Below are positions 13,691 to 27,851 of a DNA stretch of 64,000 bases, piece after piece. Origin of the DNA: Carcharhinus amblyrhynchos. Lineage: Eukaryota. The stretch spans positions 62,248,001 to 62,312,000 of the forward strand of contig OZ336885.1 of the NCBI GenBank assembly GCA_965287045.1, in the 5' to 3' direction. Position numbers and translations under genes: made by a program. Within the stretch, counting starts at the first letter, position 1. Each line of letters opens with the position of its first letter. The notes under the pieces were generated by a model, which saw only the letters and a program-made list of their open reading frames with translations, made no database searches and was not told where the DNA came from.

Positions 13691-14739
13691 AAAAAAAATG
13701 TGTTCCTTAGAAAAGGAGGTTGTGAAAATTTTCCACATTTGCATTGGTAAACGCATTGTTTCCTGGATCAACAGTTGTACGGTAAAACAAACTGCTGAGC
13801 ATTTGGTGTTCTCAGTTGCGGGAGGGACTCTCCTTACTGCAACATATCCTCAGAGAGATTCATGTCGAGCAGGATAACTTGAGGGGCAATTCTGCACTTT
13901 ATGCAGAAAAATAATTAATCTGTTACAAACGGGCTATCCAGCAGAACAAGGCAACAATGGCATAAGCCCCATCACACGCGCTACTCTAAAATAAACTGAC
14001 GAATTAAACAAGGAAGCACTCACTTTGGGAGTTCAGACATATCCGAACTGAGTGCACTGTGAGTAATGCAACGTACATTTTAGCGGATGAGTTGGGGAGT
14101 TGGGTTTTTGAGTTACGCTCCAAAACAAGAAGTAATACGGAATGACCAATAGGTATTCGGTATTTAGAGTGTGGGTCAAATTTCAGGCGGCTAGGTTGGT
14201 ATAATCAGTCCTAGTACTGATATTTCAGTGACTCTACATGGTACTCCTGGATGGCGAAAATGGATCAGTTTGCCAATACTGCTAAACCACTCTGGCATTC
14301 ATGAATAATGGAGTTGGTAAATGGGGTAAGATCTTGCACAACCACTGCAGTTGATGATATTTGGAAAATGAACAAGAAGCCTCTCAATGGACGGCCTGAT
14401 GTACTCCCAAATTTAAGTTATTGAAATGAAAGGCCTGGGCATATTAGTAATGGATGAGCAAATTATGTCAATGAGATTTGCATTGATTTGTCGTATATTT
14501 GAGTTGTTCATGTAATGGTTCTCACTTTGGGAAGTTAATCTCGGACAAAGGGCAACACACAGTTTCGAATCCTTCCATGTCAAGTGTTGGAATTCCAATT
14601 AAATGAAAAAGAGTGGTAGTGACGAGTAAAACATAATCCTTGGCGTAATATCACATCTGGCTTGTATGTCCTGACACTTAACGTGGTGAATATGTACAGC
14701 GGTATCTCTTTTGACACCCACCAAATAAATACACTCAAA

Positions 14740-16845
14740 TTAATTGAGTGACAAATTAAAAGGGGCTGCTCCATAAAAGGAAGGGGACAGCCCGACCAAA
14801 AAAACAATTCGAAACGAAACTTAAAATATCAAATTAAAATGTGATTGTCGGGGTGTACAATGCACCCCAGTACCTGCAGAGCCCAGCGGGCGCGGAATGC
14901 GTCAACTGCGCTCGTGGACACCGCATGCTCCTTCTCCAGGGGTACCTGGCCGCGAATGTAGCCACGGTAGAGGGGCAGACAGTCAGGATGGATGGCCCCG
15001 TCGATCTCCCGCTGCCTGGGCCTATTAATGGCGCGTCTGGCCAGGCCGAATGACAGCTGCACGAGGAGGTCGTCATCCCGACTCGCCCGTCTCCGCACCA
15101 GGTGCCCATAGATTCGGGGCGTGGGACTGAAAGGCAAACAAACATTAGTAATAGAAGTTTAAGGAAACTAAAAAAATAGGTGTGCGATCTATAACACAGA
15201 AAGTAGGCATGGTCCACGGGCTTCTCGAGGCCACAGAAGGGACAGTCTTGGGACACAGCGAACCGGGAAAACCTACGGTTGTACGGCACCATTGCATGTA
15301 GCACCAACCGCGCCCCTCCCCACCCCCCCAACCCCACCACCCTACCACATGTCTGCAAGCTAATTGGAGGACAACCCCCAGTAGAGGGCCCTTCACTGGG
15401 GACGTCCGCTGGCAGGTGTCATCAAGGCCCGCCAATGTGTTTTTGGGCGACAGGTGAGCACGTGGTAGTGAAAGGTGTGCGGCATCAGCCCGTGTAGAAA
15501 ACGCCTCCGTGCGATGGAAAACGGTACAGGAGGTCAATTCCGCGAGGCCGCACATGCAGTGGGGCACCTGACTAGGCGGGTGGGGGGCGGGGAGGAGGAG
15601 GGGGATGTCTGGGCTTTGGACCAATGTGAATTCCGTCCGAGTAGGGGAACCCTCGGGCTGGATCCCACTGTACGTTTGTGCTAAATTGAGACTGCTTGCA
15701 CACTCGGGGCAGAGCATAACCATCCCAAGGTCTTGAATGGCTTTGTGCGCGCGCCAGACGGCCAGCACTGAGCGCTCAGCCAGCACGTGGGGGCTCAGCC
15801 AGCCGCTCCTCCGCCATCCAGTACGTCCCCGATCCTGGTCACCCTGGTGTGCATGGGCCTCCTCTCGGCCAGCCATCTGAGTTTGTGCGGCTGGAGCTGC
15901 AGATTTCTGAGCAGCCACTCTCGCACGAGAGCTGCTACTCCTGATGGGGGTGAGCTGCTTCGCTATGTGAATGGGTTTCCAGAAAGTGAGGAGTTCCTGC
16001 TCAAAGACGAACAAATCCCAAAAGGAGGTTGGAATGAACCTCAGGATGATATGCAGAACTGTCCGTTGTAATTGAGGCCGTGCAACTGGCGGAAGAAATA
16101 TGTTGCCAGGGCACGCTATCGTAGAAGATGCTCCATGTAAATGAATCTCTACAGTGCCTGGAGGTGGAAGGTCAATACCTGTCTGACAAGGCACAGGAGA
16201 CCTTGACAGCTGTCCCCAAGCTGGAGAAGCAGAACCTCGGCAGAGACCCAGTGCAGTTGGTTGTCCCAGAAGAACAACACGAATATTTTTTTGCAAATTA
16301 GAGACAAAGCCAGGGGGACAAGTCGTAGCGACCAGCAAGTATCACAGCATGGGAGCAACCAGCTGGTTTATGATGATAATTTTTGCCCTGTGGGACAACA
16401 CTCAGAGCAGTCATGTCCAGCTACTCAGGCAGCCATGTCTTTGGCCTCCAGCTCCCGCCAGTTCTCTGGTTAGGATTCCTCCGCCGGGCAGAGAAGGACC
16501 CCCCGCTTGAGGAGGTTGTTCCTGCTCCACGAGAAAGGCCTGAGGTCCTCCAGAATGTGGGCCATCTCCCACGGACCGACCCGGAGTCCGGAACACTGGG
16601 CCCAGATGATCCTGGCAGAGGATGCCGTGAAGTACACCTCCTAGCATTCTCGCATCCTCCGCAGGTAAGTCAGATCCGTGAACATGAGGAACACGTCATT
16701 GGCGTAAGCGGACAAGTCCACCTCTTTGTCCAGGACGCGCAGGGACAAACCGGTCAACCTCCTCGGCAAGAAGTGCAGGAATTGTTCCATGCATACAGAA
16801 TACATTTGGCTGGACAATGGACAACCCTGCAGTGCTCCTCTTCCA
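14740..16845 (-). mobile_element. Tx1-like (L1 clade) LINE, 5'-truncated and frameshifted
   Basis: Minus-strand RT remnants (QGCPLS-like near 16820, YAND for YADD near 16700) and C-terminal zinc motif DCPFCGLEKPVDHAYFLC. Confidence 0.85.
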
Positions 16846-19800
16846 AATTGAGGGACCCGTTAACCTTAAAGATATGTATATCTATGTGGTTGCCATTTGA
16901 AAGACAGCGATGCTCTCATGCCATTTTAAAATATATTTCAAGCAACACGTTAACAACGGTCAATCTGACGTTTGCAATTCTATCTAAACGTCCTTGGAAC
17001 AAATTACGGACTGTGTTATTTGGCAGTGCTAGTGGGGAAGAACAAAGCTGGTTTGGTAAAAACAACAGAATAAACAATTACCATATGATAACAGCAGGCA
17101 CATTCATAAGGACATTTGAAATGCAAGCCATCGTGCGCTAATTAAAACAAACATACAAATCATCGGCTGACCGCAGAATTGCACAGTGCCAGAGATTAAT
17201 GACTCTTTCGCAGGAGGTGTGGAAGGAGTATAAGATGCAAGTGGACGCAATCTATTCGCGACCCATTGTCTATTATGAAAATAGGGAGGATGAGGGTTTA
17301 ACTCGCAGACAATATGTCATTACAGGGAAAAAGTTCTAACAGCTGATTCATGGAGGCAACATAATTGGCAAGTACACAGGGAAAAAAAAAGCTATGCCAC
17401 AAACAATAGCCTTATTAATTCAAGAACTGTTCAGGACACGGAGGCATAAAGTGTGCATAGTCCGCAGGAAAATAAAGTCGCTACGAAGATGAGATTTACA
17501 CATTCGAATACAGATTTTGATGGTTGTGACCAGGACGTAAGTAAGAAATGGTTCAGTAGTGTTTCTGAAAAAAAAATCGCACAGTAGCACATTTTGAGTT
17601 CAACAACAAGGAAACAATGTCCGAACATATTTATTGGGAATGGGGTGAATCACATGCCACGGAAGCAAAATTTAGAGGACAATTAGAGCTCATTCATTCT
17701 CCAATGCTGCAAGATGAGTTCCAAGTTCCAACTCAACCTCATATCAGTTTGTTTCCCAAGACGACAACTTGCCAATGTTTGATTGTTGAGTTTATAAGGT
17801 CTGAAAGAAATTTAAAAAATGATGGCAAACCATTATGTGGTCACTTTAAAAAAAAAGTTTTGGGTTTCAGTGCTTAGAGACTTAAATTACTAAGTACTTA
17901 CAGAGGTCCAAACTGAATCATTTCTCTCCGAATCCAAGACCAGAAAACGGTTGTAAAATGTTTCAGGCATTTGAATGTTCGATTTTTCCTAATCAATTAA
18001 AGAAAGCACCCGCCAGGCAAGAGCCGATAGAATTTGAATTTGATAATGTTGGGGAGAAAAAAAAACAGAACTATTCTGTTGTCGAGAAAAAAAATATAGG
18101 TAACCACGGAGATAAACGAAATTGCAAGCGGAGCTCACGGGTCAGCAAACCCCACCTCGCAGGTCAAGAGGAAGTCTACAGCTCTCCACCCTTTCAGCTG
18201 TCTGCGTGTCTCACGAGAACACACCAGCAAAAGACCAAAATTAATGAAATCAGAAAGAGATCACAAACAGAGGGAGTACACAAAAGAACTCCTAAAGATT
18301 TCTAAAGACACCAAGCCTAGTTCTATTTTTTTGACAGTGGTGGAATTCCATTTTTTTTTTTAGTTAATGAATGATTATTATATTTAGTTGAACAACGGTT
18401 CCAGGAGAATCTTACTTTATTTGGTATGTTACTTGTTTAATTATAGTTCCATATTATGTAAGGAAAAGAAAAACTAGCGAGACTCATAGATGTCTTGTTG
18501 TTAATTATAAATCGTTACGGGAGGCCAGTTCACTTCCCCACTTTCTTTGAACAGATTATGTGGCAAATTTATTATCTTTGGGGATTTCGACAGAATGTCT
18601 TCAAGGGGAACAACCTACTCATCGTAAAGTGCTGTGGACTCGGGTCTGGGATCTCAACATTCCTGGGTTTAAAAAGTAAAAGTGATCACATGTCTATTAG
18701 CAATGGTAAAGAGATTTTTGTGCTGAAGATACTTGCCAACATACACAAACTTCAGAGAAAGAGACAAAGGTGACAAATGTAGAAGTAGCAAACAGGCTAC
18801 TTGAATTTATGCACAGGTAATAAAGTATCTCAAATAGCAACGGAGTTAGCCAAGCATTTGAATGTATCCGATCATCAGTCTGGTGCGGTGGAATTCGAAA
18901 TAAAAACATAAATTGCAACCGAGACAGTTGATAAGGAAGTGAACTCAGAATTACGGGTTCAGAAGCTTGGAAAAAGGGGAAAAAAGAAATAGAAAAATGC
19001 AAAAGCGAAATAAACAGAGAGAGACAGAGAGAGAAGAAGAGATATAGAGGGAGAGAAAGAGAGAGGTTTTCGCCGAAGAAAAAGGGGGAAAGTAAAGGTG
19101 GCTTGTTTTAGAGAAATCTCAATTTGGATGCTGAATCAAGAAGATTTCAAATGACAGAAGGAAGAGTACCACATTGAACTGATAATCAGCAGTGTCACCC
19201 TTGCACCCGCCTGGCGAGGGTATATACAACTATCTCCAAACATGTCTAAAATTTGATGAGAAAGATGCAGACGTGTTTTTCATCTCTATTGAGAAATGAA
19301 TTGGCTACACAGATGAACTGACCACAAGAGGTATGGGTAATGTTAATTCAGGCCGTGTTGTTAGGCATTGCTAAAGGCTATGTTTTTCTTTGGGAGATGA
19401 CAGAAAGGTATGAAGAAGGGATGATTTTTTTTTAGTACTTAGCAATTACTACCAGAAGCATATATAAAACGATTCCGAAGTCTAAGGAAATAACTAGGTC
19501 AGTCCTATATCGAGGTTGAAATAATTAAGCAGTACGACTTCAATGGATGCGTTAGAGCATTGAACATGGAAAAGACATATGCAAACCGTGGTGATAGGAC
19601 ACTGCTGGGGGAGTTTAAAAACTAACCTCCGGCAATGATAAAAACTCATGTTGAGTATTAGAAAGATAACAGAACGACAAGGCCTGCAGAGATGTTGGAT
19701 GGCTATGCATTAGTGCACAAATTCAAATTTGGTTGCTGGCAACAATTTGAGTCCGTGCCGGATAGATATTGAGAAGAAAAAGAGAGTTCCTTCAATGATA

Positions 19801-19944
19801 AGAAAGAAAAATGTGGCCCACACTGGGAGCAGTTTATCACGAGTGAATAAATGCACTCAAGAGTTTGCCAAAGAGATGAAAGACCTCAAATATTTTCACT
19901 GTATTTAGTAGGGACAAACACAAAGGTTTACGGAATCCTAAATT

Positions 19945-20245
19945 GCAGTAGGAGGCCATTCCGACCCTCGAGTCTGCACTGAACAGAACTCCACCATGCC
20001 TTATCCCCACATCCCTTTGCATATTCCCTGCACATCCATTGATACTACAACACACTTTTTGTATGGCCAATCCACCTAACCCGCACATATGTGGACTGTG
20101 GGAGTACACAGAAAAACAGGAGGAAACCAACACAGGCACCAGGAGAAGGTGAAAATTGCACGTAGACGGTTACCCAAGCAGCAAATCGAAAACGGTTCCA
20201 TGGCGCTTTGGGGTAGCAGTGCGAACCACTGCGCCACAGTGCAGC
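19945..20245 (-). mobile_element. V-SINE nested in Gypsy gag
   Basis: Reverse complement V-domain (TGGACTGTGGGAG...GGAGGAAACC) and head (AACCACTGCGCCAC). Confidence 0.85.
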
Positions 20246-23200
20246 CCCAGGGTGTTGGCACCTTAGGGAAGGCAAAGAGAAAAACAAAAAATAATGTGGT
20301 GAACTAGATTCAACCAGAGGAAATAGATCAGGCATTGATTAAAAAAAACCGAAAGGCGTCGATGAGCTGATTGAACGTGGACAACCTAGAGACAGGCTGG
20401 TTCATAATGTAATGACCCGTCTTTGAATTCAATTGTGTGGTTGAAGATTACTCAGGTACAACAGGATGAGATCAAAGAAAATTAAAATATTGAGATAATT
20501 TGGTTCAATAGTAAATAAGGGGAAAAAATGCCCTCCTTTTGAAATATTGCCGAGTGAGTGGTCAATTTCCGAATAGCAAAAAGAGGAGCAGTGTTCCCTT
20601 GTGCAAAATCAGGCTGCAAAATCCAATCCAGTGTTTGGAATTGATCGTGGGAGTGACGGAAAACCTGTCAGATATATAGTTTTTTTTCTTGGAAATGATA
20701 CAGCTGGATCAAAGCTTCGGAAATTCTAATTGCGCAAAATCAAAATGTGAGCTGGAGACCTGAGAAGTAAAAAAAAACGTGGATTAATTGTTTTTTTCTT
20801 TCCTGACGGTGTGGTGAGCAGATCCCACAGTAATACATTAAAACAGGAATGTAGTACCACACCGAAAGATGGAGGAATTATGGTCCAGTTAACTCTCACT
20901 TTGTTTGATGAGGTGGTTAGGGGGAAAAGAAAATATAAGCAAGTCGAGCATTAAGTAAACGTGCCCAATCAAAAAAATTAAATTGATTTACATTATACAG
21001 ACTGGCTGCAAAGGATTTATAGTAGAAAGTCTGTGCAGAAAATAAATCAACTTGTATCTCAGACAGATAATAACATAAGGAGAAAACGTTATGGCAGAAA
21101 TTGAGACCTTAGCGGATTTGTGCAAATTAGGAATGGGTGGAAACTAACCAGATGGTGATGTCGTTAGAATACAGGCAGAACGTATTGTGAGTGGTGTACA
21201 AATTACCTGTAGGAGATCATTAAATATGTGGAAGACTGACGCTAAAATGCAGAAGAATTTTATTGCCCACGATTACACCTAGATTTGGCGGAAATTTGCC
21301 GTACCTTGTGTATGTTTTAGATTGCAGTAAAACCAAAGGCGTTGATCACAAAGGGTTGACAAGGATTTCTGCATTTGAAGAACTTTTTTCCAATGGTTCC
21401 CTCAAAAACGAAAACTTGAAAGCAATATTTGTTAACTTAAGCGGGTGTGTCTCTCAGATTTCCCACGGCAATTCATTAACCAGATATCAAGATTTTTTTT
21501 TTTAAGTTGTGGAGAAGCTGTTTGTTTTCTTTTTGCACTATGTGCATTACTCAGTGAAATTTAATCAGACCAAGAGTCGAGTTTTACTTCCAAATTGTTT
21601 ACTAGGTCGTGGATAGCTTAGGCATCAATCAATTTACCGCAAATGTTTACCATTCTGATTGGCAGGGAGCATTGGAAAGGTGGCATCAGACGCCAAAGAC
21701 CGCATTGAGGTTGCATGTTCATGATGACCAAAAAGATTGGGATTTATTTTATTTGGTATTAGAGGTGCTTCAAATTAATGGGCTCAGTTTACTCTATTTA
21801 AGTTGATGTACAGACATGAAGTCAGAGGTCCTTTACAATTAATTAAGGGAAAAAAAGGTAGATCCGAACTGAGAAATTTCACAGTTGGATTATGAGCCTG
21901 AGTTGAGAAGTAAAAATTACTCAGAGTAGGTGAATTAGCTAAGCAACATTTGCAGACGGCGCAGCATCTAATGATGCAACAAACAGATGTCAAATATAAA
22001 AATTGGAAATATTCAGGTGCAAACGAAATATTGCTGCAGTTAGCATTGGTATTAGACGCATTCAAGACGAGATAAGTGATCCTTGTCTGATTGAAAAAAA
22101 ACTTAATTTAGGTAAATTAACTGGCTTTGATAGCAGACAAGAAACAAAAATAGGAGATGCTATGCAAGCATGCTAAAACCAGAGAAACCGTCATGTGTTA
22201 CTGTCTTTCGGAGTGAGCAATTAAATCCTGATGATGTGGATTCGGATGCACTTAAACTGATGTTAAATAACAGAAGTGTATTGAGATATCGATCTCAGGA
22301 ACACAGCACTGAAGTGAAAAAAAAACTAGTTATAGTGCGGTGTGGACCTAGGCAGAATAATGGTGGGGGGTGGGGGGGGGGGCGGGGGGGGGGGGGGGAA
22401 CGCCATCTTGCGTAAGGTTGATATAGGGAGTGTTCTTCTGATTAAGAAAAAAAACGCAACTCATTCTGCTTAATTCGTTCAAAGCAGCATAGGATCAGAA
22501 AGAAGAGGAAGCAATGCGGGAAGAAGACAATGACGTGCCAAATCAAAGCAAGTGAATTTCAACGATGGTGCTGTCCCAAACCTTATGATAGTTTACAGTT
22601 CTGTATAACTTACTGAAAGATCAACACATTGACTAAAACAGGTCGTTCCTAATTCCACGTTTGGATGATTGCATGCAAAAAGTGTAGGACAAGTCACATA
22701 CATCACGAAGTTGGGCTTACCTAACGATTACTACAAGTTACATTGTCGAAAGAAAACAAAAAAAGAACTGTTTTTTTTAACCCGAAATTGGTTATATCGG
22801 TTTAAAGTAGTGACGTTGCAGTGAACAACAGCAACCAAAACACAACAACCACAGGTCAAAGACTATGAAGAGGGTTCGTTAAGGATTGAGTGACTGTACA
22901 GTAAATGACGTCGTCATATTTAACGGTTCTTGGAAAGATCTCTTCGAGAGACAGTGGAAGTCAAAGTTTGACCTGAATTTGGCAAAGGTAGAATATGCGA
23001 AGGCAGGAGTGACATTCTTAGGAAACAACATTTGATACTGATGGGTGAAACTGAGAAACACGAAGGTGACGGTCATAGAAGAATACTTATTTGATTAAAA
23101 AAATGAGCGCTACGGTGGGCTGAACAATGCATTTGAGGATTATCAAACTGTATTAGACATCACACGTCTTTTTGACACGTCCGAAATCCTGAAAGATATA

Positions 23201-24424
23201 AAATTCGCCATCAACGCCAGCGATGTAGGTTTTGAGCCATGTTGTTACATATGGATGATTGTGGACTTGCAAGGCCAATTGGCTATTTTTCGATTAAAAA
23301 AAACCCACAGCCAGCTGATAAAAAATCCACTCTTGAAAAATGTTACTGAGTTTAATAGTGGCCCTAAAATGTTTTAAAACAGTGTGTCGGAGACGACTGT
23401 GTACACCAATGCTGATACTTTCAATTTTGAAAAGATTTAAGGACAAAATCTTCAGGTCACTTCGTTGGAGCCTGATGCTATAACTATTTAGTTGACGTTT
23501 TTTTTTCTGATATTTTTGCTAAATAAATGGGTATTGTATTTATTTGAACAGCATGCAATTATAATACTGTTTTGTATGTTATGTTACTTGTTTAGTTCAA
23601 TGTCCATCCTAGTTAAATAAAAACAAATTTGAATGTTCATTTTGATGCACTATCAGGAGTTTCTATTATTAATCCATTAAAACCACTGAAGGGCATTTCA
23701 CCTCACACACTTTCAAGCTATTATGAGGTGAAGGGTTTTTTTTTTGGTTCTTAAAAATACTATAATGGGGACGTCATCGAGGGTTTAAATAACATAGCCA
23801 CCCTTTCATGATGATGTTTCTTCTTTACTTAAGTGGAATATGATGCAATTTATAGTTGTAAAGATAGAATGGATGTAAATAAAATGCTGGAAAGACAAAA
23901 GATTATGCGGTCCCTTTAAAAACTGGTGTTGTTTTCATTGATTGGAGGTTTAAATGCAAACAGCGTACAATGCCTAGGACTCAGACATCTGTATCCAAAT
24001 CCGAGGCCAGAAAACATGATGGCCTTGGTAATAAGCTTGAGAAACTTGATTTTTTTTCTTTTTTCTCTTGCCCAATAAATTTAAAACAATAAGTGAGTTA
24101 CCAAGAAACTTTAAGATTAGAATTTGATGATGTTGAACATTTCAGACCAATGATGTTGAAGGAACGTTGATGGGTTATCAAAGTATAAAAGTGAGTGCAA
24201 GAGGAAACTGTGGCGAACAAATGCCACCTTTCAAGTCGGGAGCGAGAGAGCAGCTCTCCAGTCTATCAGCTAAATATATCCATCACACCATCGATCCAGT
24301 GAAATATATCAATTCAAATGGAGCGCAGAGAGAGAGAAAATTCATGGAAGAACTCCAAAGTTTTCAAAAGTAAAAGAAAAAATAATGTCATATTTAATGA
24401 AAGAGGTGGAATTGCATTACTTCA

Positions 24425-26402
24425 CTTGACGTCAGTGGTAGGGAAGTTGTTAGAGAGGATTCTTAGAGATAGGATGTATGCTCATTTAAAATATAGCAAT
24501 CTGATTAATGACAAGCAAAATGGCTTTGTAAAGGGGAGGTCGTGCCTTACGAATCTGGTAGGTTTTTTTTTGAAGAGGCAACAAAAACGGTTGACGAAGG
24601 ACGAGCCGTGGATGTTGTCTATATGGATTTCAGTAAGGTGTTTGACAAAGTTCCTCATCGTAGGTTGGTGACAAAAGGTTAAGGCTCATGGGATACAAGG
24701 ACAGGTGGCTAGATGGATTGAGCACTGGCTTGGCAACAGGAGACAGAGAGAATAGTGGAAGGGCCTTTTTCTAGCTGGAGGTCTGTGACTAGTGGTGTGC
24801 CTTAGGGCTCCGTACTGGGACATCTGTTATTTGTAATATATATAAATGATTTGGAAGAGGGAGTAACTGGTGTGATCAGCAAGCTTGCAGATGACACGGA
24901 GATGGCTGGACTTGCTGATAGTGATGAACAGTGTCGGACAATACAGCAGGATATAAATAGGCTGGTGGATTGGGCAGAGAAATGACAGGTCGAATTTAAT
25001 CCAGATAAATTCAAGGTGATGCATTTTGGAAGAAATAACATAGGGGGAGTTATACAAAAATGGTAGGACTATGAAGAGTATAGAAACTCAGCGGGACCCA
25101 GGGGTGCAAGTTCACAAGTCCTTGAAGGTGGCAGTACAGGCGGAGAAGGTGGTGAAGAAGGCATATGGTATGCTTGCCTTTTTTAGGAAGGGGTATAGAT
25201 TATAAAAGCTGGCGTGTAATGTTGCACTTGTGTAGATCGTTGGTTAGACCACGTTTGGAGTACTGCATCCAGTTCTAGTCACCGTACGACCTGAAGGATG
25301 TGGAGACCCTGGAGAGAGTGCGCAAGAGGTTTACCAAGATACTGCCTGGTATAGAACATCTTAACTATGAGCTGAGATTGGGCAAATTGGGCTGTTCTCT
25401 CTGGAAAGACGGACAACGAGGGGAGACCTAATAGGGGTGAATAAAATTTTGAAGGGCATAGATAGAGTGAAGAGTGGGAAGCTTTTTCCCAGGTTGGATA
25501 CGAAAATCACGAGGAGCCACGGGCTTAGGCTGAGAGGGGCGAGGTATAATTCAGATGTTACAGGAAGGTTTTTCACACAGAGGGGTGTGGGGACCTGGAA
25601 TGAACTGCCAAGTAGATTGGTGGAGGCAGGCATGCTAGAGTTATTTAAGGCTTACCTAGATAGGCACATGAACAGACGAGAGATGGAAGGATACAAAATA
25701 ATGTTCTAGTTAAGGATCAAGAGCCTCAGGACGTTCCTGGGAATCAATACATTCCTATGGGCCGTCCAACATATTTTAAGGCTCAGCTGTCTCTTACGTT
25801 TGAGCTTCCGAGGATCTTCCGTGAATGTCTGTATAGGCTGTGTGTGTTTATTGATGTCTCTTTTTTTCACATCCACAGGTGATTCAGTCCGTCGTATTGG
25901 CCAACAAGGGGCATAGACGCGATGGTTCGTGCGAGGGCTGCTCTTGGATGTTGCTTCGAGAGTTGCCTTCAGCTTCATCTCGTTAGTGTACACTTAACCT
26001 GGACCAACTGACGGGCAACACTACAGCTCAGTGACTATCACTGTTTGCTGTGCAGATACAGGGACCCGGGTCGGTACTCCAACTTGGGTCGGTGTCTGTG
26101 GGAGTTTGCACATTCTTTGCGCTTGCTTGGGTTTTTCCGGGTGCTCCGGTTTCCTCCCGCACTCCAAAAACGTGTTTTTTGGCTGATTGGTGTTAATAAA
26201 TTGTCCCTAAATTAGTCCTCCATTAATCTGGCGCACATATAATTCTCAAAATTGCACCCATTTATTGTGGAGTCCAAGAGGCGTAGACAGAAGTCATAGG
26301 TAGGAGGCGGATTGGAATGGGACACTCATTGAATGCTAAAATGGGCCGCGCGGGCTTGTAGGGCCGAAGGGCTTGTTTCCTATGCGGTGGTGTTCTTTGT
26401 TC
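24425..26402 (+). mobile_element. CR1 LINE (5'-truncated) with a long composite 3' UTR containing a V-SINE domain
   Basis: LTSVVGKLLE, NGFVKGRSCLTNL, ADD and FFTQRGVGTWNELP motifs; V-domain at 26020-26200. Confidence 0.9.
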
Positions 26403-27693
26403 GATATTTCTGCTTAATGAATGGGTATTGCATTAAGTTGAACAGCATTCCATGAGAAAATTGTTTTATTCATTATGTTGCATGTTCATGGAAAGTTTAT
26501 CTTGGGTAAATATATAAATTGTTAAACGTTTTTAAAAGAAATGCCAGGTATTTATGTTAATGAACCGCTAAATGTTACTGAAGGTTAAATCACCTTCTCA
26601 TACAGGTTGAAGATATTATGAGGCGAAGTTATTGTGTTTAGGGGAGTTAGCATTGCGTCTCAGCGGAAACAACTGTGTTGCAACGTTGTCAACATATTTC
26701 TTAACAGGATGTGTGTCCAGTGCTTTCTGAGGCACATTCCCACAACGTCACATCACTCGAGAGCAAACTAAACTCCACCACTTGGCCTGGATGCTGGCGT
26801 ATTAATTAGCATTGCTCGTTCACAACACCAGAAAACTTGTTCCGATTTTGGCCTCGGTTAATAGCTGCGTGGAGATTCCACATCCCGTGCACCTCTAACT
26901 GAAATTATTCCCGTCCTCCAGTTTCCACCACTTACCCCCCCCCCCCCCCCCACCCCCCCCCGGCACCAGTCTAAAATAGGCAACTTTATGGATTGGCTAT
27001 GCTAAACTTATCCTTAATATGCAACAGTATTTTTGTAATTTAGATTAGCACGCACATAGGAACAGGTTGTCTATGGATCTGGATAAGTATGTTTTCCAGA
27101 GAATCGCTGGAGTCGCGGAGGCGGGCAGGAATCCTTGACACTTGCCACTCGAGGCATTCTTAGGTTCTATGGATTTTCCAAATACATTCCATAATGTTCT
27201 TGAAAACAGAAGCACAACATTTTATATTTGCACTGCTAAAAATCACTCCGACAGAAATAATTCGTTTTAATGCAAAATGTTGCTTGCAGGATTCCTATGT
27301 CGCCAATATATGTGAAACAACTTAATGATATGATCCACTGAACTAGCATTGCTAATTGCTAAATTTCAAGGACTCGGTACAGTTATTTAACTCCATGATA
27401 GGACAGTGTCAAACTCATTGAAGAATTATCTATTTCGAAATGCTGTTATTTGTTCTTCCATAGAATCAACGTTTTAGAGATGCTGATCTAGACTCCTCCG
27501 GAATGTGTATAATGTCAGAGAGCGACCAAAATATAGTTTCAACATCTCGAGCCTGATATCAGGAATCAGTTTCGTCAGAACGTCGCTACTGGAATGAAAC
27601 CCCTGAACAAATAAAATGCATAGCAACATCAGCTATCAAATTATAGTGTTATTAAGTTTATTTTCAAAGATTTTGGTTTGTTTATTTTCGTAG

Positions 27694-27851
27694 GACAAGT
27701 TGAACTGTGTCGCCTGGCCATCGGTGCTGAGCTCTATGAATATGTTAAAACTGAAGCTTTTGTTCCAATATTCCCTGCAGGTTGCCATAATCATAGTCTA
27801 CACGCCAAACTAGTGATCACGCAAATTTCCACAATGCAGAATACATGGTGA
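27694..27851 (+). pseudogene. Candidate terminal exon, unit 0 (phase 1: QVELCRLAIGAELYEYVKTEAFVPIFPAGCHNHSLHAKLVITQISTMQNTW*)
   Basis: Strong acceptor TTTATTTTCGTAG; same acceptor and stop position in all three copies. Frame uncertain, since phase 0 is also open for about 39 codons. Confidence 0.5.

Larger units (their letters stand above)
17700..26700 (+). mobile_element. Decayed Gmr1-type Ty3/Gypsy LTR retrotransposon (gag-PR-IN-RT-RH) with nested SINE and CR1
   Basis: gag EAYxxRFR-like remnant near 19460; integrase core (QGALERWHQT) 21560-21720; RT (PRLDDC, VNDVVIF) 22450-23100; RNase H (FAINASDVG, RPIGYFS) 23200-23480; LTR-like homology among 17880-18660, 23520-24400 and 26410-26690. Confidence 0.8.

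Noticed and set aside
15145-17141. Longest ORFs (397 aa and 252 aa) as host genes
   Set aside because: Off-frame or antisense readings of the Tx1-like LINE
22362-22398. Poly-G/C runs (also 26935-26960, 43830-43851, 52413-52450) as functional G-quadruplexes
   Set aside because: Homopolymer expansions, mostly inside transposon debris and not conserved between copies
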